NCBI GenBank assembly: GCA_017524845.1
Contig: JAFXUU010000118.1
Location: forward strand, 101 to 64,100
Length of the DNA stretch: 64,000 nucleotides
Direction: 5' to 3'
Origin: Oscillospiraceae bacterium
Lineage (GTDB): Bacteria; Bacillota; Clostridia; Oscillospirales; Oscillospiraceae
Positions 46,617 to 55,297 of this stretch are shown piece by piece. Every line of letters begins with the position of its first letter. Position 1 is the first letter of the stretch. A program made the position numbers and the translations under genes. Under the pieces are notes generated by a model. The model searched no databases. It saw only the letters and a list, made by a program, of their open reading frames with translations, and had not been told where the DNA came from.

Positions 46617-46650
46617 AACACCGCCCGCCGATTTCCGGCGGGCGGTGTTT
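46617..46650 (+). terminator. terminator hairpin after prs
   Basis: AACACCGCCCGCCG-ATTTC-CGGCGGGCGGTGTT followed by T. Confidence 0.6.
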
Positions 46651-46674
46651 GAGAATACCATAAAGGAGAAACGG

Positions 46675-47664
46675 ATGGAGATCATCGTTTTCGGCAGCGG
46701 CGCCTGGGGCACGGCCCTGGCCCTGCTGCTCCACGCCCGGGGCCACCGGGTGACCCTGTGGAACCGGGATCCGGCCCGGGCCGCGGCCATGGCGGAAACG
46801 AGGGAGAACCCCCGGCTGGCCGGGGCCGTGCTGCCCCCGGGCCTCGCCGTCACGGCGGAGGCCGCCGCGGGAGCGGAGGCGGAGCTGGCGGTCTTCGCCG
46901 TGCCCAGCTACGCGATGCGCGCTGCGGCGGAGGCGGTGGGACCCTTCCTGAAGCCCGGCTGCCTTTGCGTGTCCGTATCCAAGGGCCTGGAGGCGGGGAG
47001 CCTCCTGCGCATGACCCAGGTGCTCGGCGGGGTCCTGGGGGAAGGATACCCCACGGCGGCCCTCTCCGGCCCCTCCCACGCGGAGGAGGTGGCCCTGGGC
47101 ATGCCCACCGGCGTGGTGGCCGCCGCGGAGGAACGGGAGACCGCCCTGCGGGTGCAGGACGCCTTCATGGGCCCCGCCTTCCGGGTCTATACGAATCCGG
47201 ACGTGGCGGGGGTGGAGCTCTGCGGCGCGCTGAAAAACGTGGTGGCCATCGGCAGCGGCGTGGCCGACGGGCTGGGCTTCGGGGACAACGCCCGGGCCCT
47301 GCTGATCACCCGGGCCATGAACGAGGCCGCGGCCCTCTGCCTGAAGGCCGGGGGGCAGAGCGCCACCTGCTCCGGCCTGGCGGGGACCGGGGACCTGATC
47401 GTCACCTGCTCCTCCCGCCATTCCCGCAACCGGCGGGCCGGGCTGCTGCTGGGCCAGGGCCTGGGGGTGGAGGAGACCCTCCGGCAGGTGGGGGCCGTGG
47501 TGGAGGGCTACTATGCCGCCGCCGCCATGCGCAGCCTCTCGGAAAAGCTGGGGGTGGAGATGCCCATCTGCCACGGCATCTACGAGGTGCTCTACGAGGG
47601 CCTGCGGCCGGAGGCGGCCATCCGCCGTCTCATGGAGCGGGACCGGCGGGAGGAGTTTTCCTGA
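46675..47664 (+). CDS. gpsA: NAD(P)H-dependent glycerol-3-phosphate dehydrogenase
   Basis: MEIIVFGSGAWGTALA...LSGPSHAEEV...CGALKNVVAIGSG...LAGTGDLIVTC. AAGGAGAA RBS. The track ORF is a fused upstream shadow. Confidence 0.92.
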   Translation: MEIIVFGSGAWGTALALLLHARGHRVTLWNRDPARAAAMAETRENPRLAGAVLPPGLAVTAEAAAGAEAELAVFAVPSYAMRAAAEAVGPFLKPGCLCVSVSKGLEAGSLLRMTQVLGGVLGEGYPTAALSGPSHAEEVALGMPTGVVAAAEERETALRVQDAFMGPAFRVYTNPDVAGVELCGALKNVVAIGSGVADGLGFGDNARALLITRAMNEAAALCLKAGGQSATCSGLAGTGDLIVTCSSRHSRNRRAGLLLGQGLGVEETLRQVGAVVEGYYAAAAMRSLSEKLGVEMPICHGIYEVLYEGLRPEAAIRRLMERDRREEFS

Positions 47665-47693
47665 CGGCGCGCCCCGGACGCCGTAGATCGCCG

Positions 47694-47742
47694 AAAAAGA
47701 AACCCGCGCCGGGAACGCAGCTGCGTTCCCGGCGCGGGTTTG
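47694..47742. terminator. bidirectional terminator (18-bp stem flanked by A- and T-runs)
   Basis: AAAAAGA-AACCCGCGCCGGGAACGC-AGCT-GCGTTCCCGGCGCGGGTT-TG. Confidence 0.85.
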
Positions 47743-47757
47743 CGTTAAGAGTTCGGG

Positions 47758-49437
47758 TTATTTGAGGATCGTCATGGTCAGGGTATCGGTGCGCACGGAA
47801 TTGCCCAGGGCGTCGGTGATGACGCAGTAGACCTGATTGCCGTCGCGGGCGGCGGTGAGCTGCACGCTGTAGGTGTCGCCGGTGATGGAGGATTTCGAGA
47901 ACTTTCTGGCGGTGGGCTTCTTCACATACCACTGATAGGTGAGCCCTTCGCCCTCGGCCACCACGGAGAAGGAGGCGGTGCTGTCCTCCGCGCCGAAATA
48001 GTCCTCAGGCTCGGAGAGGATGGTGGGCGCAGGGACGGACATGGTGACGGTATCCGTCCGGGCGGTGTTCCCGTAGGCGTCGGTGACGACGCAGTAGACC
48101 TGATTGCCGTTGCGGGCGGCGGTGAGCTGCACGCTGTAGGTATCGGTGGTGATGGAGGATTTCGAGAACTTCCTGGCGGTGGGCTTCTTCACGTACCACT
48201 GATAGGTGAGCCCTTCGCCCTCGGCCACCACGGAGAAGGAGGCGGTGCTGCCCAGGGCGCCGGAGTAGTCCTCAAGGGTGCTCGTGATGACGGGGGATTC
48301 CTCGGCGGTCAGGGTGACGGTCGCGGTCTTCTTCTTGTTGCCGTACTGGTCCTTCACCAGGCAGTAGAGCTGGCGGCCGGCGCTCTTGCTCGTGACCTTC
48401 GTGCTGTATTCGGGCGTCTGCACGCTGCTCTTGGTGAAGACGGTCGCCGTGGTGTTCTTCACGTACCACTGGTAGGTGAGCCCGGCGCCCTCGGCCTCCA
48501 CGGAGAAGGTGGCGGTGCTGCCCATGGGGCCGCTGAAGTCCTCGGGCTGCTCCAGGATGGTGAGCTCCTCGGCATAGACGAAGGTGACGGCATAGATCAG
48601 AGCGCTGTACCAGGAAGCGTCATAGGGGGTCTGCACCAGGACGTAGTCGATCACCCCGTCCGCCGGGAGAGATTCTGTGCCGTAGTCCAGGGGGCACTCC
48701 GCAGTCAGGGCGCCGGTCATGTACGTATCGCCGGGATAGAATCCGTACAGATAATTGCCCTCTGAATCGTAGTTGTAGGCCAGCCGGTTCTCGGCGAAGG
48801 TGAGGAGCACGCTCTCCGTGCCGGCGGGGACGGTGACCACGTAGAGGTCCGCCGGGAGCGGGCCGGGCACGTAGGGATTGTCGGAAGTGTAGCCGCCCTC
48901 GATCAGCTCGATGTCCTCCGCGGGGACCACGTAATCGCCCACGGACACGGAGAAGGTGCGGTCGTACTCCACGGGGGCCTGTTCGAATTCATAGACGACG
49001 AAGAAGGTTTTGGCTTCATAAGACTGGTCCCAGATGCAGAACCCGTAGCAGTTTTCAAAGGCGTAATCGGCATAGTTTGCATTAAGCTCCAGGTTTTCCT
49101 CATCGATGTCGTGTTCCGCGTCCTCCGCCGTGTAGACAAAGAGATCGCTGAAGGGGGCGACGGTGGTGTCGGAGAGCGCGGTGTTGGTTCCCGTCATCGA
49201 CGTGATCATGCTGATATCTTCCACTGCAAAGTCCTCAAAAAGCACCTGCAGGGTTCCCTCGGGAACGGTCCCCTCATAGAGGTAGGCGGGCCCGTACATG
49301 TATTCGCCGATCACGACGCAGTCGTCGGCGCTCAGCGCGAACACGTCGTCCGTCGCTCCCGCCGCCATGGGCGCCAGCCCCAGGACAAGGGTCAGCGCCA
49401 GCAGCAGCGTCAGCAGCTTTTTCGTTTGCTTCTTCAT
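47758..49437 (-). CDS. secreted protein: about 270-aa N-terminal domain of unknown function plus three C-terminal Ig-like repeats
   Basis: Signal peptide MKKQTKKLLTLLLALTLVLGLAPMAAGA. Repeats of about 88 aa contain GLTYQWYVK...Y.C.VTD..GN....T.T. AAAGGAG RBS. Confidence 0.85.
   Translation of the reverse strand: MKKQTKKLLTLLLALTLVLGLAPMAAGATDDVFALSADDCVVIGEYMYGPAYLYEGTVPEGTLQVLFEDFAVEDISMITSMTGTNTALSDTTVAPFSDLFVYTAEDAEHDIDEENLELNANYADYAFENCYGFCIWDQSYEAKTFFVVYEFEQAPVEYDRTFSVSVGDYVVPAEDIELIEGGYTSDNPYVPGPLPADLYVVTVPAGTESVLLTFAENRLAYNYDSEGNYLYGFYPGDTYMTGALTAECPLDYGTESLPADGVIDYVLVQTPYDASWYSALIYAVTFVYAEELTILEQPEDFSGPMGSTATFSVEAEGAGLTYQWYVKNTTATVFTKSSVQTPEYSTKVTSKSAGRQLYCLVKDQYGNKKKTATVTLTAEESPVITSTLEDYSGALGSTASFSVVAEGEGLTYQWYVKKPTARKFSKSSITTDTYSVQLTAARNGNQVYCVVTDAYGNTARTDTVTMSVPAPTILSEPEDYFGAEDSTASFSVVAEGEGLTYQWYVKKPTARKFSKSSITGDTYSVQLTAARDGNQVYCVITDALGNSVRTDTLTMTILK
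47761..48552 (-). repeat. three tandem coding repeats of about 265 nt (Ig-like modules), related to those at 62020-63344
   Basis: For example, 47941-48000 and 48211-48270 are nearly identical. Confidence 0.9.
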
Positions 49438-49502
49438 GTTTTTTCTCCTTTCGTTTTTTGTTTTCTTCTTTTGCTCGGAAGCGGGCAGGTCCCGGCCGCT
49501 TC

Positions 49503-49539
49503 CGGAATAAACAAGGCTGCGACCTCATCGGTCGCAGCC
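49503..49539 (-). terminator. intrinsic terminator forming the riboswitch expression platform
   Basis: Minus strand: GGCTGCGACC-GATGA-GGTCGCAGCC followed by TTGTTTATT, 65 nt upstream of ATG 49437. Confidence 0.75.
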
Positions 49540-49860
49540 GTTATTCCTGCGCAATGCGCCACGGACCCGGCGTTTCCATGCCGGGTCTGGGCAGCGAATG
49601 CCGATCAGTCTTCTGGCTCATGCGGTCCCGCGTCCCAAAGGGACGCCGCGCCCGGCTCCCAGCCTTCTCAGGTTTCCCCAATGACCGGCTTGCGCCGCGG
49701 GGGACGGGCTCCCGCATATACAGCTTCGGGTAAAGCGCCGGATTCGCACCGGCTTCCTCCATGCCCGCCTCCGGCGTTCGGAGGGGGGCAATCGGCCTCG
49801 CGGATTCAGTTTTCGGACGCCGCGGCCCTCCACCCTTCGCGAAGTCGGCCGCGGGCACTG
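49540..49860 (-). promoter_or_regulatory. probable cobalamin (B12) riboswitch
   Basis: Minus strand GGAGGAAGCCGGTGCGAATCCGGCGCTTTACCCGAAGCTGTA (plus-strand coordinates 49735-49757 core) resembles the GGGAAGCCGGTGAGAATCCGGCACGGTCCCGCCACTGTA core. A B12-box-like AGCCAGAAGACTGATCGG lies at 49601-49618. Recognised by eye only. Confidence 0.6.
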
Positions 49861-49862
49861 TG

Positions 49863-49891
49863 ATTATAATCCGGTCTGCATAAAAATGCAA
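49863..49891 (-). promoter_or_regulatory. promoter for the riboswitch-led transcript
   Basis: Minus strand: TTGCAT, 17 nt, TATAAT, starting 11 nt after the HAD gene stop. Confidence 0.6.
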
Positions 49892-49901
49892 CTCATTTTG
49901 C

Positions 49902-50573
49902 TCAAAAACGAGAACTCGGTGTGCACAGGGCCCGGATCAGCGCCGGCAGCGCCTCCGGCGTCTCCGCCAGGGCCCCGGCCCCCGCCGCCGCCAGCTCCTC
50001 CCGGCTGCCGTAGCCCCAGAGGACGCCGACGCAGGGGAGCCCCGCCTGCTTCGCCCCCAAGACGTCGTGCTCCCGGTCCCCCACCATGAGGACCTCCGCC
50101 GGGGAAGCGCCCAGGGAGGCCAGGGCGTAGCGGATGACCTCCGCCTTGTCCGTGCGCGTTTCGTCCATGGCGGCGCCGAAAACGCCCTCGAAGCAGGGCG
50201 TGAGACCGAAGCGGTCTGCGATCTGCCGGGAATAGAGCTCCGGCTTGGAGGTGGCCACGGCCAGGCGCAGCCCGTCGCTCCGAAGCGCCGCCAGGGCCTC
50301 CGGGACGCCGGGATAGACCGCGTTTTCAAACATGCCCCCCGCCGTGAAATACTCCCGGTAGCGGCGGACGGCCTCCTCGCACCGGGCCTCGTCAAAGCTG
50401 CAGTACCGCCGGAAGCTCTGCTTCAGGGGCGGACCGATGAAGCGGAGCAGCCCCTCCGGCGGCAGGGGCTCCGCCCCCATTTTCTCCAGGGCGTAGGCCA
50501 CGGAGCGGGTGATGCCGGGGGCGGAATCCGTCAGCGTCCCGTCCAGATCGAAGAGGACGAGGGAAATGCTCAC
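49902..50573 (-). CDS. HAD-superfamily hydrolase, phosphoglycolate-phosphatase-like
   Basis: LVLFDLDGTLTDS (motif I), ATSK (motif II) and MVGDREHDVLGA (motif IV). Confidence 0.85.
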   Translation of the reverse strand: MSISLVLFDLDGTLTDSAPGITRSVAYALEKMGAEPLPPEGLLRFIGPPLKQSFRRYCSFDEARCEEAVRRYREYFTAGGMFENAVYPGVPEALAALRSDGLRLAVATSKPELYSRQIADRFGLTPCFEGVFGAAMDETRTDKAEVIRYALASLGASPAEVLMVGDREHDVLGAKQAGLPCVGVLWGYGSREELAAAGAGALAETPEALPALIRALCTPSSRF

Positions 50574-50583
50574 GCCGCCCTGC

Positions 50584-51147
50584 TTACTTCTTCCAGGCGT
50601 CGTCCTGCCAGTCGGCCTCCATGCAGGCGCGGCAGGAATCGCACTTCTTGCCGGGGAAGAGCTTGCACTGGATGGGGCCGTTGTACCACATCTCGCGGCT
50701 GCCGCCGGGGAAGTCGTAGATGCCGCCGAACATGCCCTGCATCAGGGCGGCCTGGAAGAACACGGGCTTGTTGATCTCCATGAAGTTCAGGGGACAGTGA
50801 TAGACGCCGGCGGGGACCCGGATGATGGTGGGCTCCTCGATGACGAAGGTCTCGGCGTCCTTGCCGATCTCGCCCAGGGTGAACTCGATGTGGGCGTCGA
50901 AATCGAAGAGGTTGGGGAAGGAGCCGCCCAGGAAGATCAGGTACTCGTCCACCTTGTGGCGATGGGGGAACCGGTCGAGGAAGAAGGGCTTTACGAAGAT
51001 CTGGAAGCCCACGTTGTACTGGGCGCCGGGGAGCTGGCAGGCGCCGCGGAAATAGGCCTGGGGGGATACGACGAAATCGGCGTCGGCGTTTTCGGGCTTG
51101 GCCTCGTTGTATTCGGGCTCGAACTTGTGGATCAGCTTCTCGTACAT
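50584..51147 (-). CDS. single cupin-like protein with a C-terminal four-Cys cluster, related to the 13872 gene
   Basis: FPHRHKVDEYLIFLGG...IIRVPAGVYHCPLNF, then CKLFPGKKCDSCRAC. ATG 51147 has an AAAGGA RBS. Confidence 0.65.
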   Translation of the reverse strand: MYEKLIHKFEPEYNEAKPENADADFVVSPQAYFRGACQLPGAQYNVGFQIFVKPFFLDRFPHRHKVDEYLIFLGGSFPNLFDFDAHIEFTLGEIGKDAETFVIEEPTIIRVPAGVYHCPLNFMEINKPVFFQAALMQGMFGGIYDFPGGSREMWYNGPIQCKLFPGKKCDSCRACMEADWQDDAWKK

Positions 51148-51266
51148 GTTTCGACATCCTTTCTGTTGTTTGGTTTTTCCGTTTGCCTCATTATACACGC
51201 TTTTCCCGGCCATTACAACGGAGACTTTGCCGCGTTGACAAAATACCGGAATGGGATATACTGATT

Positions 51267-51300
51267 GAAAAAGCGCACCGGCCGCGCTGTCCGCGGCCGG
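51267..51300 (-). terminator. rho-independent terminator of the MATE gene
   Basis: Minus strand: ACCGGCCGCG-GACAG-CGCGGCCGGT followed by GCGCTTTTT. Confidence 0.8.
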
Positions 51301-51310
51301 TTCTGCGAAA

Positions 51311-52702
51311 TCACACGAGGGCCGCGCGCTTCTTCCAGAAGCCCCCGTAGTAGTAGATCATGCTGATGGCGGTGTTCACGTAGGCGGCCATGCCGTAGCC
51401 GAAGAACCAGCCCATGAGTCCCAGGCGGAAGCCGTAGGCCAGGATGAGGCTGATGGCGATGCGGCTCACGAAGCCGTCCAGCAGGGCGATGATCAGGGTC
51501 AGCCGGGCGTTGCCGATGCCCTCGATGAAGCTCTGATAGGGCCCCATCATGGAGGTGGCGGGGATGGAGCAGGCCAGGGCCAGCATGAATTTCGGGCAGA
51601 GCTCCAGCACGTCCGCGTCGGTGGTGAAGAGGGAATAGATCTGCCGGGGGAAGACGAGGAAAAGGGTCACGACCACCGCGGCGGTGACGGCGCAGATGAG
51701 CGCCCCCACGGTGACCACCCGGCGCATGCGGTCCGGCTTTCCGGCCCCCATGTTCTGCCCCACCATGGTGGCGGAGGCCACCATGATGCCGTTGATGATG
51801 ATCCAGGGAAATTCCTCGATGCGGGTGCCGGTGCCGAAGGTGGCGGAGGCCGTGACGCCGTAGGAATTGACGAAGCGGTTGACGAAGAGCATGGAGATGG
51901 AGATGGCCGCGTTCTGGAAGGCGAAGGGCACGCCCAGGCGCACCAGCCTGTGCAGGTTCTCCCGGTCGAAGCGGAAGCTCTCCCGGCGGAAATCGAAGCC
52001 GAACTTGTCCCGGTGCCGGTAGAGGTAGCCGGAGGAGATCACCAGGCTCACCGCCTGGCCGGAGACGGTGGCCAGGGCCGCTCCCGCCACGCCCATGCGG
52101 AGCACCGCCACGGCCAGCAGGTCCAGCACCAGGTTCACCGAGGCCGCGATGGCCACGAACATGAGGGGATGGCGGCTGTCGCCCATGCCCCGGAACATGG
52201 CGGAGACCAGATTGTAGCCGAAGGTGAAGACCGTGCCGATGAAGGTGATGGTGAGATACTGCACCGCGCCGGGGTAGGATTCCGGCGGCGTGCTCAGCAG
52301 GCGGAGGATGGGCTTCGTCAGGCTCAGGCCGAAGACCGTGACGAAGAGGGCCACGCAGAGCACCGTGAGGATCAGGGTGCCGATGGTCTTCTGCAGCTCC
52401 TGCCGCTTCCCCGCGCCCACCAGCTGGGCGATGAGGATCTGCCCGGCGTTGGTGAAGCCCATGCACAGGGCCGTGGTCATCCAGGTGACCTTGGTGGAGA
52501 TGCTCACCGCGCTGAGGCCGGCGGAGCCCACCACCTGGCCCACCACCATCATGTCCACCATGCCGTAGGCCGTCTGCAGCAGGGTGGAGAGCATGAAGGG
52601 CAGGGCAAAGGTCAGCAGCTTTTTCGGAACGCTGCCCACCGTCATGTCGTTGATGATTTCCCGGGATCCTGCCATTTGCAATCGTTCAACTCCGTTTCTC
52701 AA
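51311..52702 (-). CDS. MATE-family multidrug/efflux transporter
   Basis: Twelve hydrophobic segments. N-terminal LTFALPFMLSTLLQTAYGMVDMMVVGQ is typical of MatE. TTG start at 52702, or ATG at 52675. Confidence 0.9.
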   Translation of the reverse strand: MRNGVERLQMAGSREIINDMTVGSVPKKLLTFALPFMLSTLLQTAYGMVDMMVVGQVVGSAGLSAVSISTKVTWMTTALCMGFTNAGQILIAQLVGAGKRQELQKTIGTLILTVLCVALFVTVFGLSLTKPILRLLSTPPESYPGAVQYLTITFIGTVFTFGYNLVSAMFRGMGDSRHPLMFVAIAASVNLVLDLLAVAVLRMGVAGAALATVSGQAVSLVISSGYLYRHRDKFGFDFRRESFRFDRENLHRLVRLGVPFAFQNAAISISMLFVNRFVNSYGVTASATFGTGTRIEEFPWIIINGIMVASATMVGQNMGAGKPDRMRRVVTVGALICAVTAAVVVTLFLVFPRQIYSLFTTDADVLELCPKFMLALACSIPATSMMGPYQSFIEGIGNARLTLIIALLDGFVSRIAISLILAYGFRLGLMGWFFGYGMAAYVNTAISMIYYYGGFWKKRAALV

Positions 52703-52746
52703 TCACGCTAACCTTTACTATATCAGTTCGCAGGGAGAGGTGCAAG

Positions 52747-54393
52747 ATGGAAAAAGCCGTTCCTCTGGAGATCGAACGCCGTTATCTGATCCGTCTGCCG
52801 GACGAGGGCCTGCTGGACAGCCTGGCCCGGCGGCGGGACTGGATCGAACAGACCTATCTCAGCGCGGAGGCGGGGGTCGCCGAGCGCGTCCGCGTCCGCC
52901 GTCCGCCGGGGGGCGAGCCGGGCTATACCCACACGGTGAAGCGCCGCCGCTCCGCCCTGGTGCGGGAGGAGACGGAACGGGAGATCGGCCCGGAGGAATA
53001 CGCCGCCCTCCTCCTCCGCCGGGACCCCGAGCTGCGCACCGTGGTCAAGACCCGCTGGTGCGTCCCCTTCGCCGGACACACCCTGGAGATCGACCGCTTC
53101 CCCTTCTGGAGCGACCGGGCCCTGCTGGAGGTGGAGCTGGGGGAGGAGGGGGAGAGCGTGACCCTGCCTCCCTGGCTGGAGGTCCTGCGGGAGGTGACGG
53201 AGGACGGGCGCTACACCAACAGGTCCCTGGCCCGGGAGGTCCCCTGGGAGGCCCTGCCCGGCAGTCTCCTCACCGGCACCGCCGATCCCATGAAGCGGAG
53301 CTGGGCGGAGATCCGCCTGGACAACATCGAGCACAATTATCGCGCCCTGGCCGGCAGGCTGCCGGCGGGCACGATCTGCCTGGGGGTGGTGAAGGCGGAC
53401 GCCTACGGCCACGGCGCTCTGCCGGTGGCCCGGCGGCTGCAGGCCCTGGGCTGCGGCTATCTGGCCGTGGCCACCCCCGACGAGGCGGCGGAGCTGCGCC
53501 GGGGCGGCGTCTCCCTCCCCGTCCTCATCCTGGGGCCCAGCCCCGCCGAATGTGCGCCGGACCTGGCGGCCCTGGGGGTGACCCAGGCCGTGGGCAGCCT
53601 GGAGCAGGCCCGGGCCTTCGCCTCCCGGCTGCGCCCGGGGCAGCTCCTGCGCTGCCACGCCAAGCTGGAGACGGGCATGGGCCGCACCGGCTTCCCGGCG
53701 GTGGGGGAAGGGGTGAAGGACCTGGTGACCGCCATGGCCCTGCCGGGGCTGGACTTCGAAGGGGTATTCACCCACTTTGCCATGGCGGACGTCCCCGGCG
53801 ATCCCTGGACGGCGGAGCAGTACGCCCGCTTCCGGGCCGCGATCGCCGTGGCGGAGCGGGGCAGCGGCAAGCGCTTCCGCCTGGTGCACTGCGCCAATTC
53901 CGGGGCGGTGATCCACACCCCCGCGGAATACGCCGAGGACATGGCCCGGCCCGGCATCGCCCTCTACGGCTCCTTCCCGGACGAGGTGACGGAGGGCATG
54001 GACCTGCGCCCCGTCATGGCCCTGAAGAGCCGGGTGGCCGCCGTCACCTTCCATAAGAAGGGCGACACCGTCGGCTACGGCCGCACCTACACCTGCCCCC
54101 GGGACATGCGGATCGCCGTGCTGCCCCTGGGCTACGCCGACGGGCTGCGCCGAAACCTCTCCAACCGGCTGGAGGTGGAGCTCTGCTCCCGGCGGGTGAA
54201 GCAGCTCGGCCGCATCTGCATGGACCTCTGCATGCTGGACGTGACGGACGTGCCGGAGGCGGACGTGGGCAGCGTGGCCACGGTCTTCGGCGGTCTCGTC
54301 TCCGTGGACGAGCTGGCGGCGGCGGCGGGCACCATCTCTTATGAGCTCTGCTGCGCCGTGAGCCCCCGGATCCCCCGGGTGTACCTGGGCTGA
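52747..54393 (+). CDS. alr: CYTH-like domain fused in frame to alanine racemase (548 aa)
   Basis: N-terminal LEIERRYL (ExExK-like) and LEVELGEE CYTH strands. From residue 182, MKRSWAEIRLDNIEHNY...VVKADAYGHG (PLP Lys)...YGRTY. No stop between the two parts. Confidence 0.85.
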   Translation: MEKAVPLEIERRYLIRLPDEGLLDSLARRRDWIEQTYLSAEAGVAERVRVRRPPGGEPGYTHTVKRRRSALVREETEREIGPEEYAALLLRRDPELRTVVKTRWCVPFAGHTLEIDRFPFWSDRALLEVELGEEGESVTLPPWLEVLREVTEDGRYTNRSLAREVPWEALPGSLLTGTADPMKRSWAEIRLDNIEHNYRALAGRLPAGTICLGVVKADAYGHGALPVARRLQALGCGYLAVATPDEAAELRRGGVSLPVLILGPSPAECAPDLAALGVTQAVGSLEQARAFASRLRPGQLLRCHAKLETGMGRTGFPAVGEGVKDLVTAMALPGLDFEGVFTHFAMADVPGDPWTAEQYARFRAAIAVAERGSGKRFRLVHCANSGAVIHTPAEYAEDMARPGIALYGSFPDEVTEGMDLRPVMALKSRVAAVTFHKKGDTVGYGRTYTCPRDMRIAVLPLGYADGLRRNLSNRLEVELCSRRVKQLGRICMDLCMLDVTDVPEADVGSVATVFGGLVSVDELAAAAGTISYELCCAVSPRIPRVYLG

Positions 54394-54394
54394 A

Positions 54395-55141
54395 TCAGAG
54401 ATAGGCCAGGGCCTCCACGGCGATGCGCACGGCGCCGTCCGTGTCCGGGGCGTTTTCCTCCCGGATGCCCAGGGCGGCCCGTTCCTGGTTCCACACCGTG
54501 TGGAGCACCGTACCGCAGCGGACGCCCAGGTGGGCGGCGGCCACGAAAAGGGCGGCGGACTCCATCTCGCTGGCCAGGACCCCCAGCCGCTTCCAGGCCT
54601 CCCAGTATTCCAGGAGCCTTCCGGCCACGGGCATGGCCTCGGGACGGTGCTGCCCGTAGAAGGAATCCTTGCACTGCACCACCCCCACGCGGCAGGGGAT
54701 GCCCAGGGCCTCCGCGGCTGTTTTCAGGGCCAGGGTCACGCCGAAATCCGCCGCGGCGGGAAACTCGATGGGGGCGTATTCCCGGCTGGTGCCCTCGAAG
54801 CGCACGGCGGCGGAGGCGATCACCGCGTCCCCGGGGCGGACAGACCGGGTGATGCCGCCGCAGGTGCCCACCCGCAGGAAGGTGTGGGCCCCCAGCTCCG
54901 CCAGCTCCTCCATGGCGATGGCGGCGGAGGGGCCGCCGATGCCGGTGGACACGGCGGACACCGTCTTGCCGTGCGCCCGGCCGGTGACGATGCGGTATTC
55001 CCGGTTCTGCCCGATGAGCCGGGGCTCCTCCAGATAGCGGGCGATCGCGTCGCAGCGGGCGGGATCCCCGGGCAGGAGGCAGTAGTCCCCCACGTCCCCC
55101 TTCCCGCAGCGCAGGTGGTATTGCAGTCCGTTTACCAGCAT
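54395..55141 (-). CDS. udp: uridine phosphorylase (PNP/UDP-1 family)
   Basis: [10 protein letters not shown]...[17 protein letters not shown]...FLRVGTCGG...YAPIEFPA...EMESAALF closely parallels E. coli Udp motifs. Confidence 0.85.
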   Translation of the reverse strand: MLVNGLQYHLRCGKGDVGDYCLLPGDPARCDAIARYLEEPRLIGQNREYRIVTGRAHGKTVSAVSTGIGGPSAAIAMEELAELGAHTFLRVGTCGGITRSVRPGDAVIASAAVRFEGTSREYAPIEFPAAADFGVTLALKTAAEALGIPCRVGVVQCKDSFYGQHRPEAMPVAGRLLEYWEAWKRLGVLASEMESAALFVAAAHLGVRCGTVLHTVWNQERAALGIREENAPDTDGAVRIAVEALAYL

Positions 55142-55179
55142 TTTCCTTCTCCTTTTCCGGTATGACGCGGAATTTATGG

Positions 55180-55208
55180 TTGCATTCTCCGGCGGGACGG
55201 GTTATGAT
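55180..55208 (+). promoter_or_regulatory. promoter candidate for the 55298 gene
   Basis: TTGCAT, 17 nt, TATGAT. Confidence 0.45.
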
Positions 55209-55297
55209 ACCCGTACTTGGGGAATGGAGGCATTCCCCGCGCGTTTTTGCGCGATCACGGAGGGCCGCCGGTCCCTTCGGACACACGCGAGGTCGAA

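Noticed and set aside
49111-49891. Track ORFs 49111-49863 (+), 49541-49891 (-) and 49618-49833 (-) as protein-coding genes in the gap upstream of the secreted protein.
   Set aside because: They have no RBS and an Arg/Pro/Gly-rich composition. The region instead shows promoter, riboswitch-core, B12-box and terminator organisation on the minus strand.
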